The notes: a model not told the origin generated them from the letters alone. 63,998 nucleotides of DNA, filler included, from Candidatus Babelota bacterium (GCA_017999075.1; 7 parts of 7 records of this genome joined end to end with filler, not necessarily neighbours in it); one strand, 5' to 3'; positions 21,109 to 31,046 are shown, counted from the first letter of the whole stretch. Numbers and translations: made by a program.

Positions 21109-22818
21109 CTATTTTTCTCTATGAAATGGCCAAGTTGTTATTCCTCCTTCCATAACTTTTACATTATTCCAGCCGTTTGCCTGGATTATACGTGCCGCTT
21201 CGTAGCCGCGCAGCGAGATTTTACAATATACAATTATCTCGGCATTTTTATCAGCCGGCAATTCAGAAAGGCGTTTGCGCAATGCTCCAAGCGGGATAAG
21301 CATCTCGCCAATACCGAGCCGCATTTCTTCAAACTCCTGTGGGGAACGAACATCAAGATAATAGGTGTTCTCTTTTTTATTCACTTTTTCCATTACTTCA
21401 AAGGACGATATTCCTTTGAACAATCCGTTCATCTTATTTTCAAGCGTATGACAGGCGGCGATAAAATTATCGATTGCCAGAGTGAATGGCGGAGCGTAAG
21501 GCAAGTCAGAATTTACAAGTTCCGCAATTGTCAGTTTGCCCATAATAGCAATAGCCGCCTGCGCAATCTGTTTGCTGACATCGCCTGCGCCGACACATTG
21601 AAAACCGAGCAGCCTTCCTGTTTTATTATCAGCCGTAATTTTGCTGATGAGAATTTTTCCTTTCATAAAACCAGGTTTATCAGGACCTGCAATAATAACG
21701 CTTGTTACATCAAATCCTGTTTTTTTCGCTTTATATTCTGACATTCCAGTTGAACCTGCAGAATAATCAAAGACCTTACAAATGCCTGTATGAATAGTGC
21801 CCGGAAATTTTTTGATATTACCGCGTATTGCATTTTCACCTGCTACCCTGCCTTCAAGATTAGCAAGGTCGCCGTAAGGCGCATTGTTTTTGATGCCTGT
21901 AAGCAGATTCGGAATTTCAATGCAGTCTCCTGCAGCATAAATATTTTCGTCAGATGTCTGCATAAATTCATTAACTTCTATTGCTTTTGTATTTCCGATT
22001 TTCAAGCCTGCTTTCTCGGCAAGCGTTTTATTCGGTATAACGCCGATAGCGACAACTGCAAGCTCACAGGGAAGTTCTGTCCCGTTTTTTAATTTTACAG
22101 CTGTTAGTTTTCCGTTTTCTCCAAGAAATTCAGACACAGCATTATTTGTTATAACATTTGCAGCTTTTGTTTTTATATGATTTTCCATTATCTTTGCAAG
22201 TTCTGGATCGAGAAACATAAGTATCTGCGATTCCTGTTCAATGACAGTTATTTGAATGCCTGCAAGCTGCAGCGCTTCACAGGTTTCGATGCCGATAAGC
22301 CCGCCACCAATAACAACCGCCTTCTTGATTTTTTTTTCATCACGGATTTTCCTAAGAAAATCAGCGTCTTCCATTGATTGCAAAGTTGTAATGCCGCCAA
22401 GCTCTTTCCCAGGCAAATCAGGCATTCTCGGCGTTGCGCCTGTTGTCAATACGAGCGTATCGTATGGCAATTCAAATTCAGTATTATCCTTCAAATTCAG
22501 GCATTTGACTTTTTTATTTTTTCTGTCAATATCAATCGCTTCGGTTTCGTTGTAAACTTTTATTGCTTTCGCATTATTGAAAAAATTGGGATCGCGCACT
22601 GCGCCTGCCGGAGTACTTATCAGCTGATTTCTATCGTCAAAAACTCCGCCTACATAATACGGATATCCGCAAGAAGCCATTGAAAGATATTTGCTTTTTT
22701 GAATGATTGTTAATTCAGCATTTTCATCAAGCCTCCTTGCGCGTGCCGCTGTTTTCGGACCTGCCGCAGACCCGCCGATAATAATAATTTTTTTTGATTG
22801 TTTCATTTTTTTCTCCAT
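21109..22818 (-). CDS. CoA-disulfide/persulfide reductase with C-terminal rhodanese domain
   Basis: GGSAAG, SMASCGYPYY, GGGLIG, YAAGDC, YAPPF; rhodanese LDVRSPQE and YCKISLRG. Confidence 0.92.
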   Translation of the reverse strand: MEKKMKQSKKIIIIGGSAAGPKTAARARRLDENAELTIIQKSKYLSMASCGYPYYVGGVFDDRNQLISTPAGAVRDPNFFNNAKAIKVYNETEAIDIDRKNKKVKCLNLKDNTEFELPYDTLVLTTGATPRMPDLPGKELGGITTLQSMEDADFLRKIRDEKKIKKAVVIGGGLIGIETCEALQLAGIQITVIEQESQILMFLDPELAKIMENHIKTKAANVITNNAVSEFLGENGKLTAVKLKNGTELPCELAVVAIGVIPNKTLAEKAGLKIGNTKAIEVNEFMQTSDENIYAAGDCIEIPNLLTGIKNNAPYGDLANLEGRVAGENAIRGNIKKFPGTIHTGICKVFDYSAGSTGMSEYKAKKTGFDVTSVIIAGPDKPGFMKGKILISKITADNKTGRLLGFQCVGAGDVSKQIAQAAIAIMGKLTIAELVNSDLPYAPPFTLAIDNFIAACHTLENKMNGLFKGISSFEVMEKVNKKENTYYLDVRSPQEFEEMRLGIGEMLIPLGALRKRLSELPADKNAEIIVYCKISLRGYEAARIIQANGWNNVKVMEGGITTWPFHREK

Positions 22819-22836
22819 AATATTTAAAATTTTAGT

Positions 22837-23484
22837 TTAATTTTTTTCGCCTTTTATAACTATAAAATTTCCTTCGCCGTAACCATCCTTAAAATTTTGA
22901 ATGGATTTAATTTTTTTGTAATCTCCGAATATTGTCTGGATAATACGGATATTCTTGAATTTATGCTTAACCAGTAATTCAACGATTTCTCCTGTAGAAT
23001 AAAATTTTGCCTGACTGTAAAATTTACTTTTTTCTTTATTCTTCTGATACAGTTCGCCAAGCGGACTTTTGCTGTCAATAAATGCAATGATTATCTGCCC
23101 GCTATTTCTAAGTATACGCATTGTTTCTGCAATAGCCTGAGAAGCGTCGTCAACAAAGCATATTGTTGTTATCAACAGCGCAGTATCAAAAATATTATTT
23201 TTCAAAGGCAGATGTTCAGCAATACTTCTTATAACAGGAATATTGCAGTTTCCAGATATTTTTTTTATCATTGCAGGCGATGGTTCTATTCCATATCCAA
23301 TATTTAATGGCTCGGCAAATTTGCCGGTACCTATGCCGATTTCTATGTTTTTTCCTGAATTATCAAGAAAATATTTAATTGCCGCAAGTTCTGAATGATA
23401 AACAAATTCATTATCCACAAACCATTGTTCATAATCATTTGAATATTTTTCAAACGCTTCTATTTTCACTTGTTTTGTCCCCAT
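22837..23484 (-). CDS. Class I SAM-dependent methyltransferase
   Basis: EIGIGTGKFA, AEHLP, TICFVDD. Confidence 0.9.
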   Translation of the reverse strand: MGTKQVKIEAFEKYSNDYEQWFVDNEFVYHSELAAIKYFLDNSGKNIEIGIGTGKFAEPLNIGYGIEPSPAMIKKISGNCNIPVIRSIAEHLPLKNNIFDTALLITTICFVDDASQAIAETMRILRNSGQIIIAFIDSKSPLGELYQKNKEKSKFYSQAKFYSTGEIVELLVKHKFKNIRIIQTIFGDYKKIKSIQNFKDGYGEGNFIVIKGEKN

Positions 23485-23780
23485 AGTGAGTCATTACCGA
23501 ATTTTTTGAACCACCAGTCATCGACTGATTCAGTTTCAGATATTTCTTTTTCGTCAAATTTAAACTTGTAATTCTCAATATAATCTATCAATATTTTTTG
23601 CGCGTCGATAATCTCTATTGTTTTCTGTTTACAGATTTCATCTGATTCTCTGCATTTGTCAGGATGCCATTTTTTTATTAATTTTTTATAGTGCGCTTTC
23701 ACATCTGTATATGAAACCGGTAATTCCAATTCAAGTGTTTCAATTGCTTTTTTTAATGCTTCAATTTTTTCTTTTTTCAT
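23466..23780 (-). CDS. Small DnaJ-domain protein
   Basis: KKWHPDK; start taken at MKKEK because the upstream extension lies in a repeat. Confidence 0.85.
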   Translation of the reverse strand: MKKEKIEALKKAIETLELELPVSYTDVKAHYKKLIKKWHPDKCRESDEICKQKTIEIIDAQKILIDYIENYKFKFDEKEISETESVDDWWFKKFGNDSLWGQNK

Positions 23781-23798
23781 AGATTTTGTCCTTTTTGG

Positions 23799-23950
23799 TT
23801 GCCACAAAGACACCAAGACACTAAGTTTTAATTTTTCTTTGCGTCTTCGTGACTTCGCGGCTAATTTAATAAACTTTTCTTTGCTATTTATTCACTTTAT
23901 ATTTCATCAATCTTTATTTTATTCTTCCTTCCTTTGCGACTTCGCAGCTA
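23799..23950. repeat. Palindromic repeat unit A (hairpin, spacer, extra half-site)
   Basis: GCCACAAAGACACCAAGACACTAAG...CTTTGCGTCTTCGTGACTTCGCGGC; homologous to 25669-25813. Confidence 0.85.
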
Positions 23951-24763
23951 TAAATTTATTTTCTTGCCAGTCTCAAGCGTTTCGCAATTATGTTTTAAAA
24001 TTTCTTTCAATTGGTTAAGACGGTTTCCGCCTGTGCAATGTCCAGGATAAAGCATAATTTTTTTTTGTTTCAACATATCCGTCAATTTGAAAAAATAGTT
24101 ATCCGTAACCTTTTCAAGATGCAATCCGCCAATAATAGTTTTTATTTTTTCAGTTTTAAAAAACGAGCTTACAGTTTTAATAATGTGTTCAATGCCTGTA
24201 TGCGAACAACCCGAAAGTATTGACAATTCATTGTTATTTTTATATACCAGAATAATTTCATCGTTAAAATTATCTTCAACAAAATTTTCTTTGGTATCTT
24301 TAATAAAAAAATAATCTTTTAAAATGCTTTTTCCATTTGATAAGCGGATTATAAAAATATTATCGCTTAATTTTAATATATCATTTACATATATAATCTT
24401 GAAAAAATCAGATAATTCTTTTTCAATTATAAAATCATTACTTATCTTTTGATATTCAGAATTATTTTTTTTATATTTTGTCGTAAAAAATTTTTCGCCA
24501 ATAATCAGATTAGGTTTATTATCAAAAATTTTTTTTAAAACCTCAACGCCGCCTGTATGGTCATAATGATTATGGCTGATAATTAAGAAATCAGTTTGTT
24601 TAAGATTTATTCGTAATAATTCAGAATTTTTTATAATATTTTCGCTTACGCCTGTATCAAACAATATTCTGTTTTTTTCTTCTTCAATAAAAGCGGAAAA
24701 ACCGTGTTCTGCATTTAATTCAGAAATATTAGATATGTTATCAACTAAAATTTTAATTTTCAT
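23948..24763 (-). CDS. MBL-fold metallo-hydrolase
   Basis: AEHGFS, LFDTG, SHNHYDHTGG, GCSHTGI, GGLHL, PGHCTG. Confidence 0.92.
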   Translation of the reverse strand: MKIKILVDNISNISELNAEHGFSAFIEEEKNRILFDTGVSENIIKNSELLRINLKQTDFLIISHNHYDHTGGVEVLKKIFDNKPNLIIGEKFFTTKYKKNNSEYQKISNDFIIEKELSDFFKIIYVNDILKLSDNIFIIRLSNGKSILKDYFFIKDTKENFVEDNFNDEIILVYKNNNELSILSGCSHTGIEHIIKTVSSFFKTEKIKTIIGGLHLEKVTDNYFFKLTDMLKQKKIMLYPGHCTGGNRLNQLKEILKHNCETLETGKKINL

Positions 24764-24775
24764 ATAAATCCTTGG

Positions 24776-25642
24776 TTAATTATTTTTTGCATGCGCTAAG
24801 ACAATATTGCCGATATCAAAACCAAGATGTCTGGAAACAACTTCGCATTTCACTTTCAATAAATAAAATAAACGCTCATCCTTAATGTTCGACATAGTTT
24901 CATAATTACCCTGCCCTTTACTTATGATTAAATGAACGGAATTAAAAATCTTTTGAAATTTGTTTGAACAGCGTTCAAGAACTGTACCAGGCGCTGCCAG
25001 TCCCGATGATATTACTTTACATATTTTATCAAGTCCAATATAGCGCGCATCTTCCGTTGTGGCATCGTTTATTACAGGTGAATGACGGACTGAATAAAAA
25101 ATCTCTAATTTCGGATATTCGTCTGCCAGATATTCAACCAGGATTTTATCAAATACAATTTCACCTGCATTATCGCCAATTATCAGCAGCGATTCCGCCT
25201 TTGCCAATCGCGAAGCAAAAATATCAATAGATTGTCCTTTTAATAAAAGATAGACATAACGCTCAAGTTCGGAATTTAAATCAATTTTTTCTACAATCGC
25301 AAAATCAATTAAATTACCGAATGCGGATAACTTAATTGCAGTTGTCAACTTATCACTCGAATTTTGTAGAATTTCTTTTAACTGCAGATATAATTTCAAC
25401 GCTTCATCATTGCTCCATTTTTTTATTTCTTTATACGGGTCAACGCATTTAGTTAATGTATGTATGATATTTTCAATTTTTTCTGCAATAAGCGGCGGCG
25501 GCAATTCGCCATCGCATTCTATCAGTGTTTTCAAAACTTCATCAAGTATTACTTTTTGTAAAACATCATCGCAACCTGTTTTCCGAGCAATTTTTAATGA
25601 TTGTTTTACAAAACATCCATAACAATCTAAATAAGTTTTCAT
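24776..25642 (-). CDS. DUF89/ARMT1-like damage-control phosphatase
   Basis: MKTYLDCYGC, GNLIDF, DNAGEIVFD, INDAT, SKGQGNYE. Confidence 0.92.
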   Translation of the reverse strand: MKTYLDCYGCFVKQSLKIARKTGCDDVLQKVILDEVLKTLIECDGELPPPLIAEKIENIIHTLTKCVDPYKEIKKWSNDEALKLYLQLKEILQNSSDKLTTAIKLSAFGNLIDFAIVEKIDLNSELERYVYLLLKGQSIDIFASRLAKAESLLIIGDNAGEIVFDKILVEYLADEYPKLEIFYSVRHSPVINDATTEDARYIGLDKICKVISSGLAAPGTVLERCSNKFQKIFNSVHLIISKGQGNYETMSNIKDERLFYLLKVKCEVVSRHLGFDIGNIVLAHAKNN

Positions 25643-25668
25643 TATGAATTCTCCATATTTTTTTATTC

Positions 25669-25813
25669 TTGCCACAAAGACACGAAAACACTAAGTTTTA
25701 ATATTTTTTTATGTCTTTGCGCCTTCGCGAATAATTTAAATATAATTTTTATAATTTACTTTATATCTCATCAATTTTTTTTTATTCTTTGTGCCTTTGT
25801 GACTTCGTGGCTA
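25669..25813. repeat. Palindromic repeat unit B, abutting the GxxExxY stop
   Basis: GCCACAAAGACACGAAAACACTAAG hairpin, shared spacer ACTTTATAT(C/T)TCATCAAT, half-site CTTTGTGCCTTTGTGACTTCGTGGC. Confidence 0.85.
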
Positions 25814-25814
25814 A

Positions 25815-26206
25815 TTATAATATAACTCTCTTTATACCGTCTTTAATAAGCGCGACATTAAAATTAATAATAAACACAAGCCTTTTATTTGTTAATTTTA
25901 GATGACTTAATAATTGCGCTGTCCAAATATCATTCGGCTTATCAACTGCTTTTAATTCGCAGATTATTATATCTTCAACTAAAACATCTAATCTTAAACC
26001 TTCATCAAATATTAATCCATCGTAATGAACGGGAACATCTACTTGTCTATTGTATTTTAAACCTTTTTTTTTAATTCATGGCAAAAACATACTTCATAAA
26101 TTTTTTCGAGCAAACCTGGTCCTAAATTTTTATGAACTGTAAACGCAGAATCAACAATTTTTTCTGCGACTGATTCTTCATAATCAGAAAGTCGTTTTAA
26201 CTCCAT
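25815..26206 (-). pseudogene. GxxExxY protein split by a single -1 frameshift in an A9 run
   Basis: LGPGLLEKIYE in frame 0; RLDVLVEDIIICELKAV...AQLLSHLKLT...INFN...DGIKRVIL* in the -1 frame. Confidence 0.85.
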
Positions 26207-26222
26207 ATATAACCCCGTTTTT

Positions 26223-26287
26223 TTGCCACAAAGACACCAAGACACTAAGTTTAATATTTTCTTTGTGTCTTCGAAACTTCGTAGCAA
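26223..26287. repeat. Palindromic repeat unit C, upstream of GxxExxY
   Basis: GCCACAAAGACACCAAGACACTAAG...CTTTGTGTCTTCGAAACTTCGTAGC. Confidence 0.85.
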
Positions 26288-26288
26288 A

Positions 26289-27332
26289 TCATATATTTAA
26301 ATGCGGATTCACACGCCGCAGAATATTGTGCATACACATATAACCTTTGTCAGCGCAGGATTCTTTCGCGCCTTCGCAAACAAGGCCGTGCAGCATTTCT
26401 CCCATATAATTCATTTTTTTTTGAATCACAGATATGCTTTCATTTTTATAATATAAAATGCCGGCACTCAAAGCCAGCGATGCTTTTTCACTGACTCCGC
26501 ATTGTTTGGAAAGCAATCCTTTTTTTTGAGTTAAATAAATCTGCGTCAGCAATGCAAAAATAAATGCAGGCAGGACTTTATCGCCATACATTTTATAAAG
26601 TTTATAAAATGGTATTGACAGAAATAACCCCTGATTGCCTGAACCAGTGAATGTGCAGATTGACAGATAAACGCCTGACATTCTTTGTTCAATCAGGCGG
26701 GCAATGGCTTCACTGACATCATTAGTTTTCAAATCATCAAATAAGCTGCCATTTGTCCTTAAAATATATTTCCCGAATTCTTCTAATTCCGTATCATGCA
26801 TTTTGACAATATCGCTGATTTCTTCAAGCCCTTTAAGCATATAAGTTTTTACCGTTTTTTTGGAAAAAATAATTTTATCATTAATTTTAAATGAAATAAG
26901 ATTATCGTGTTTGTCTTTTATAACCGCTTCATAGACATTTCCACCGATAAACAATTCACTTTTCAGGTAAAAACATTTTTTATTTAATTCAATAATTTCC
27001 AGCCAGTTTTTCTTCTGCAACATTTTATTGACAGTATCAATCTGCTCGTTTGTAATTTTTGAAAAAACATTAAACTGCGGATTCGCGCTGAATATTCCCA
27101 TTGCCGCTACTGCCGCAATGCCGCGCGTTTTCAATCGTGGAACACCTGCCGTGTCTGCGTTTCGTAAAATATCTTTATTTGCCGATAATCGCGCTTTAAC
27201 GTTATTCGAGTTTATTTTTATTTCAGGACAATATTTTCTGATAGCGGCAAAAGCGTAGGCAATTGCAGCCGGTTCAGTGCAGCCGATAACTTCAATAGTT
27301 TCACTTTTCAATAAATCAAGTATTCTGTTCAT
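26289..27332 (-). CDS. L-cysteine desulfidase-like protein (CdsB/YhaM family)
   Basis: GCTEPAAIAYA, GSGNQG, GLVCEGAKESCA. Confidence 0.8.
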   Translation of the reverse strand: MNRILDLLKSETIEVIGCTEPAAIAYAFAAIRKYCPEIKINSNNVKARLSANKDILRNADTAGVPRLKTRGIAAVAAMGIFSANPQFNVFSKITNEQIDTVNKMLQKKNWLEIIELNKKCFYLKSELFIGGNVYEAVIKDKHDNLISFKINDKIIFSKKTVKTYMLKGLEEISDIVKMHDTELEEFGKYILRTNGSLFDDLKTNDVSEAIARLIEQRMSGVYLSICTFTGSGNQGLFLSIPFYKLYKMYGDKVLPAFIFALLTQIYLTQKKGLLSKQCGVSEKASLALSAGILYYKNESISVIQKKMNYMGEMLHGLVCEGAKESCADKGYMCMHNILRRVNPHLNI

Positions 27333-27432
27333 TAACAACCTCAATATCAGTAAATGTAATTGCAGTTTTAGTCAGCATATTTAACAACCAAAAAAACTGC
27401 TAAACCCCCAAAATGATTAATTTATTTTCAAA

Positions 27433-27927
27433 TTATAATTTTGGGGTAAACCTTCCATCATCTTTATTTTTTTCGCAATTTTGTGACTTGCTGTCAAGCC
27501 AGCCGATTTTTTCAACATCAAATATATCGAAATCCGGAACATACGGCTTGATATCAATAACAGGCGTTTTGTTTAGCATATCGACATTTTCAATATGCAG
27601 AATATTATTTTCCACTCGAATCAACCGAACAACCGATAATCCTATTTTATTAGGCCGTTTCGGTGAACGAACAGAGAAAATGCCGTGCTCGCAATCATCA
27701 AGAAACGGTTTGACTTTCAAGCTTACTTCATTTATTTTATGAAAATAATACAACACATAAATATGATAGAATCCAGCAATATCCGTCAACCCGTCTTTGA
27801 ATTTTTCGAATATTTCAATTTCACCTTTTATACCTATGGCGCCACGCGGTTGTATTAGAGTGCCTGTCTGTTCAGTATATGGCGTATGAATAATTCCTAT
27901 TGGTTCTAAAATAATTTTGTTTTCCAT
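27433..27927 (-). CDS. tsaA: TrmO/TsaA-family SAM-binding protein
   Basis: PIGIIHTPY, GIFSVRSPKRPNKIGLS, TPVIDIKPY. Confidence 0.92.
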   Translation of the reverse strand: MENKIILEPIGIIHTPYTEQTGTLIQPRGAIGIKGEIEIFEKFKDGLTDIAGFYHIYVLYYFHKINEVSLKVKPFLDDCEHGIFSVRSPKRPNKIGLSVVRLIRVENNILHIENVDMLNKTPVIDIKPYVPDFDIFDVEKIGWLDSKSQNCEKNKDDGRFTPKL

Positions 27928-27983
27928 TTGATTTTTCTGAATAAAGTTCTGATTTTCATAACAATTTACTTCTATTTACCTCT

Positions 27984-28083
27984 NNNNNNNNNNNNNNNNN
28001 NNNNNNNNNNNNNNNNNNNNNNNNNNNTTAATTAATTAANNNNNNNNNNNNNNNNNNNNNNNNNNNNNNNNNNNNNNNNNNNN
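27984..28083. other. Artificial contig linker
   Basis: N44-TTAATTAATTAA-N44. Confidence 0.99.
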
Positions 28084-28889
28084 GAAAGTACTATTTCATT
28101 ACAATGAGACATTTCAAGATGGCGTTTGAATTTCGAATCAAATATCTCGGCGCAGGAATAAATATGTTTATTCAACGAATCAATTGTCATTATTGTCATT
28201 ACAGTCCGAGAATCTATTTCCTGCGGAGAAGCAGAAAATGAAGTATCTGCAAGGACAAGAATTCTACTTGCGGTTTTTATATTAGCTCTCAGAAGCGAAG
28301 CTTCTTCAACAAAATCTCCGTATATATAATGTAAATCCCTTAATTCAGGTTCTGATTTTAACGTTGAAATATCGTTCTGATCACGCATATTAATTAATAC
28401 AACTTTATCTGATGTATACGACGGATTCATCTTCAGTATTTCAACTAAAAATTCAAACATGCCTTCACGCCATCCGCATATAATAAAATGATCTTTTAAA
28501 TTTTGAAGTCCAGTCAAGCCGCGTCCCTCCTTTAATTGTTTTTCTACCAATAATGTCGTTATAGAACCGGTAACGACTCCGACTAACCCTACCCCTATTA
28601 TTAAGACGAATATATCTAAAAATCTCCCAAGCGGAGTTTTGGGGCTTATATCACCGTAACCGCAAGTTGAAACTGTTACTACTGTCCAGTATAAAGAATC
28701 TAAAAAAGAACCGTAACCATCATTATATTTTCTTTCAATATAATAAAATATAACAGCTACCGCAAAAATAAATACTAATGCCATAGTGAATATTTTTGCA
28801 TTCTTATTGGAAGTGAAAAAATATATGATATTCTTATATATCTTAATGATTATTTTTTTTATAAATTTCAAAATATTCATTTTTATCAA
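28084..28889 (-). CDS. Two-TM potassium channel with RCK/TrkA-N domain (3' end cut)
   Basis: YWTVVTVSTCGYGDISP pore; HFIICGW and GDFVEEASLLRANI RCK motifs. Confidence 0.9.
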
Positions 28890-30976
28890 GATAAAATATT
28901 GTCTATTAAAGAATAAGATTTATTTTTTTCAAAAACTATATTTTTATTGGTTCCTTCGACTTTTTCTCTTTCACTCAAATATGGTAAAAATAACAAGTTA
29001 TTCAATATTACAAGCATTTCATTAATAAATAATTCCGTATTCTGTATTCTGTAAACGTTTATTTCTTCTTTTGAAATATAATTGTCTGCATAAATAAATC
29101 CAAAAAACTTATCGTGAAATTTAAGCTGAGACACAATAAAATCACTTGATTCGAATTTTGCTTTTAATCCGTTTATTATTTCATCTGTCATCAAATTGGT
29201 ATTCGGAAATTTCATACTCATTCCATGTTTTGCAAAATTTGATTCAAGATTATTTTTTACTTTCTCAGCATCAAATTCAACTGTTTTAGCCAATTTTTCA
29301 AAACTATTGCCGTAATAAGGCAGTTTATCATACATCTGCAATGCATCCGAAAGTTTAGGATTAAATTTATAATATTCTTCTTTATTTGAAAATTTTTTTA
29401 TAAGTTCTTCTCTGGTGTTGGCGCCTATAGCTGAAAAACAATAAAATTTTCCGGTCTCAGAATTCTTTATAAAAATAGCAGCCCTGTCATATTTCAGATA
29501 AATTTTACTTGTCAATGATATTATTATATAATTAAAATGTTTTTCTATATCGTAGGTTTGCTGAAAATGAGAATATACTGTATTTAATGTTTCTATTCTA
29601 TTAATATACAGGTACAATCTGTCAAAACTGTCATTTAATTTTTTTATAAGATATTCATATGACCGTGTCAGCATATTTATTTCATCATCGGTTGCTGACA
29701 ATTTCTTAAAAGGATCTGTATCGTCAAAAGCGATATTTCGTTTAGCTTTAAAAGAAATAATATTTTCTTTAAGCTCACTGGATAAATGCACTATTCTACG
29801 CAGCATCAATCCGTCAAGATAAAAATTTAAAACTATTATCGTTACTATTACTGTCAAAATTGATATTCCAACTATAAATGCCTCAAGTAAATGAAGTCCT
29901 TTACTTAAATTTTTCAAACTATATAATATTAAATAATTATTTGATGTCTTTATAAACAGGATTTCCTGTTCATCTATACTTACTTTTTTGATTTTATCAA
30001 AATCATTTGATATTATATTAAAATCAGATTGAAAATGAAAATACTCAAATAATTCTGAATTTAACAGTCCTGATATAAAACTAAAACTTCCTGATGAAAT
30101 TTGTCTCCAATCTGTTTTTGCAATTAATCCGTTAAAAAATTTATTATCAACATTATCAATATTATTAAAAAATTCTGTATCAGAAACAGAAGATTTACTC
30201 AATTTTTCAAATTCGGCAATCGTAGATTTTCTGTTATTTATAAACTTCCATTCAATTATTTTTTTCAAATCACCAAAATTGTTATATCTTACTTTTTCAA
30301 TGTTATCCGGTGAAATACTGGTTATTAATTCCTTATATTTATTTAACTCCGTAAGCTGGACAGTATCAGATAAAGACTGAATTCTTAAAATTGATGGTTC
30401 ATTATTAAAAATATTCTTTATATCAGAACCTGATTCTATGCTTGATTTAATCAATTTTAAATATTTAATTTCATTGTTAAGTAAGGTGTCAGCCTGATAA
30501 TTAAATATGATATATCCTAAACTCAATATAACTATTAAAGTGAATGAACTCAACCCTGCAAAAAATTTTTGTTTCAACTGGCTTTGAGTTTCTTTTGTAA
30601 ATTTCAACAATCTGAATATTCTCAGCGCTCTTGTAAATCTTAACAGTTTAACGCTGCGCATACTTTTTATCGCTGGAGTCAATATAGGCAGAGATGATAA
30701 AAAATCTATCCATCCGTAATCAAATAAAAAATATTTCCATTTTCCAATCCAGAATTTAATTAGAAATTCTAATGTGAATATGACCAAAAAAATTATATCA
30801 GCTTTTTCAAAAAATAAATCCCATCTATTTGAAAAATCAACAAGTTGTGGAACCAATAAACTTATAACCGACAACATAACGCACAGCATTATGGCTGTAT
30901 TAAAAATTTTGTTATTAACAACTATACGAAAAAATTCAAATGTGGATTTATATAATTTTGTTAATTTAGAATACAT
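28886..30976 (-). CDS. Voltage-sensor (S1-S4) / extracytoplasmic domain / HAMP / GAF membrane protein
   Basis: S2 IFTLEFLIK, S3 WIDFLSSLP, S4 RSVKLLRFTRALRIFRLLK; two more TMs around about 200 aa; DDEINMLTRSY HAMP; YDRAAIF...GFIYADN GAF. Confidence 0.75.
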   Translation of the reverse strand: MYSKLTKLYKSTFEFFRIVVNNKIFNTAIMLCVMLSVISLLVPQLVDFSNRWDLFFEKADIIFLVIFTLEFLIKFWIGKWKYFLFDYGWIDFLSSLPILTPAIKSMRSVKLLRFTRALRIFRLLKFTKETQSQLKQKFFAGLSSFTLIVILSLGYIIFNYQADTLLNNEIKYLKLIKSSIESGSDIKNIFNNEPSILRIQSLSDTVQLTELNKYKELITSISPDNIEKVRYNNFGDLKKIIEWKFINNRKSTIAEFEKLSKSSVSDTEFFNNIDNVDNKFFNGLIAKTDWRQISSGSFSFISGLLNSELFEYFHFQSDFNIISNDFDKIKKVSIDEQEILFIKTSNNYLILYSLKNLSKGLHLLEAFIVGISILTVIVTIIVLNFYLDGLMLRRIVHLSSELKENIISFKAKRNIAFDDTDPFKKLSATDDEINMLTRSYEYLIKKLNDSFDRLYLYINRIETLNTVYSHFQQTYDIEKHFNYIIISLTSKIYLKYDRAAIFIKNSETGKFYCFSAIGANTREELIKKFSNKEEYYKFNPKLSDALQMYDKLPYYGNSFEKLAKTVEFDAEKVKNNLESNFAKHGMSMKFPNTNLMTDEIINGLKAKFESSDFIVSQLKFHDKFFGFIYADNYISKEEINVYRIQNTELFINEMLVILNNLLFLPYLSEREKVEGTNKNIVFEKNKSYSLIDNILS

Positions 30977-31046
30977 ATATTATTACCGTATTTTAAAAAT
31001 TTAATTTTAAAAATATTTTGTTTACTTATAATTTTATAAAAAAAGT

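Noticed and set aside
23799-26287. CRISPR array
   Set aside because: Repeats are degenerate, separated by whole genes, lack regular unique spacers, and no cas genes are present.
26057-26287. 76-aa ORF with N-terminal LVSWCLCG extension
   Set aside because: The extension is translated repeat DNA. The real start is ATG 26206. The extensions to 23816 and 25675 likewise run into repeats.
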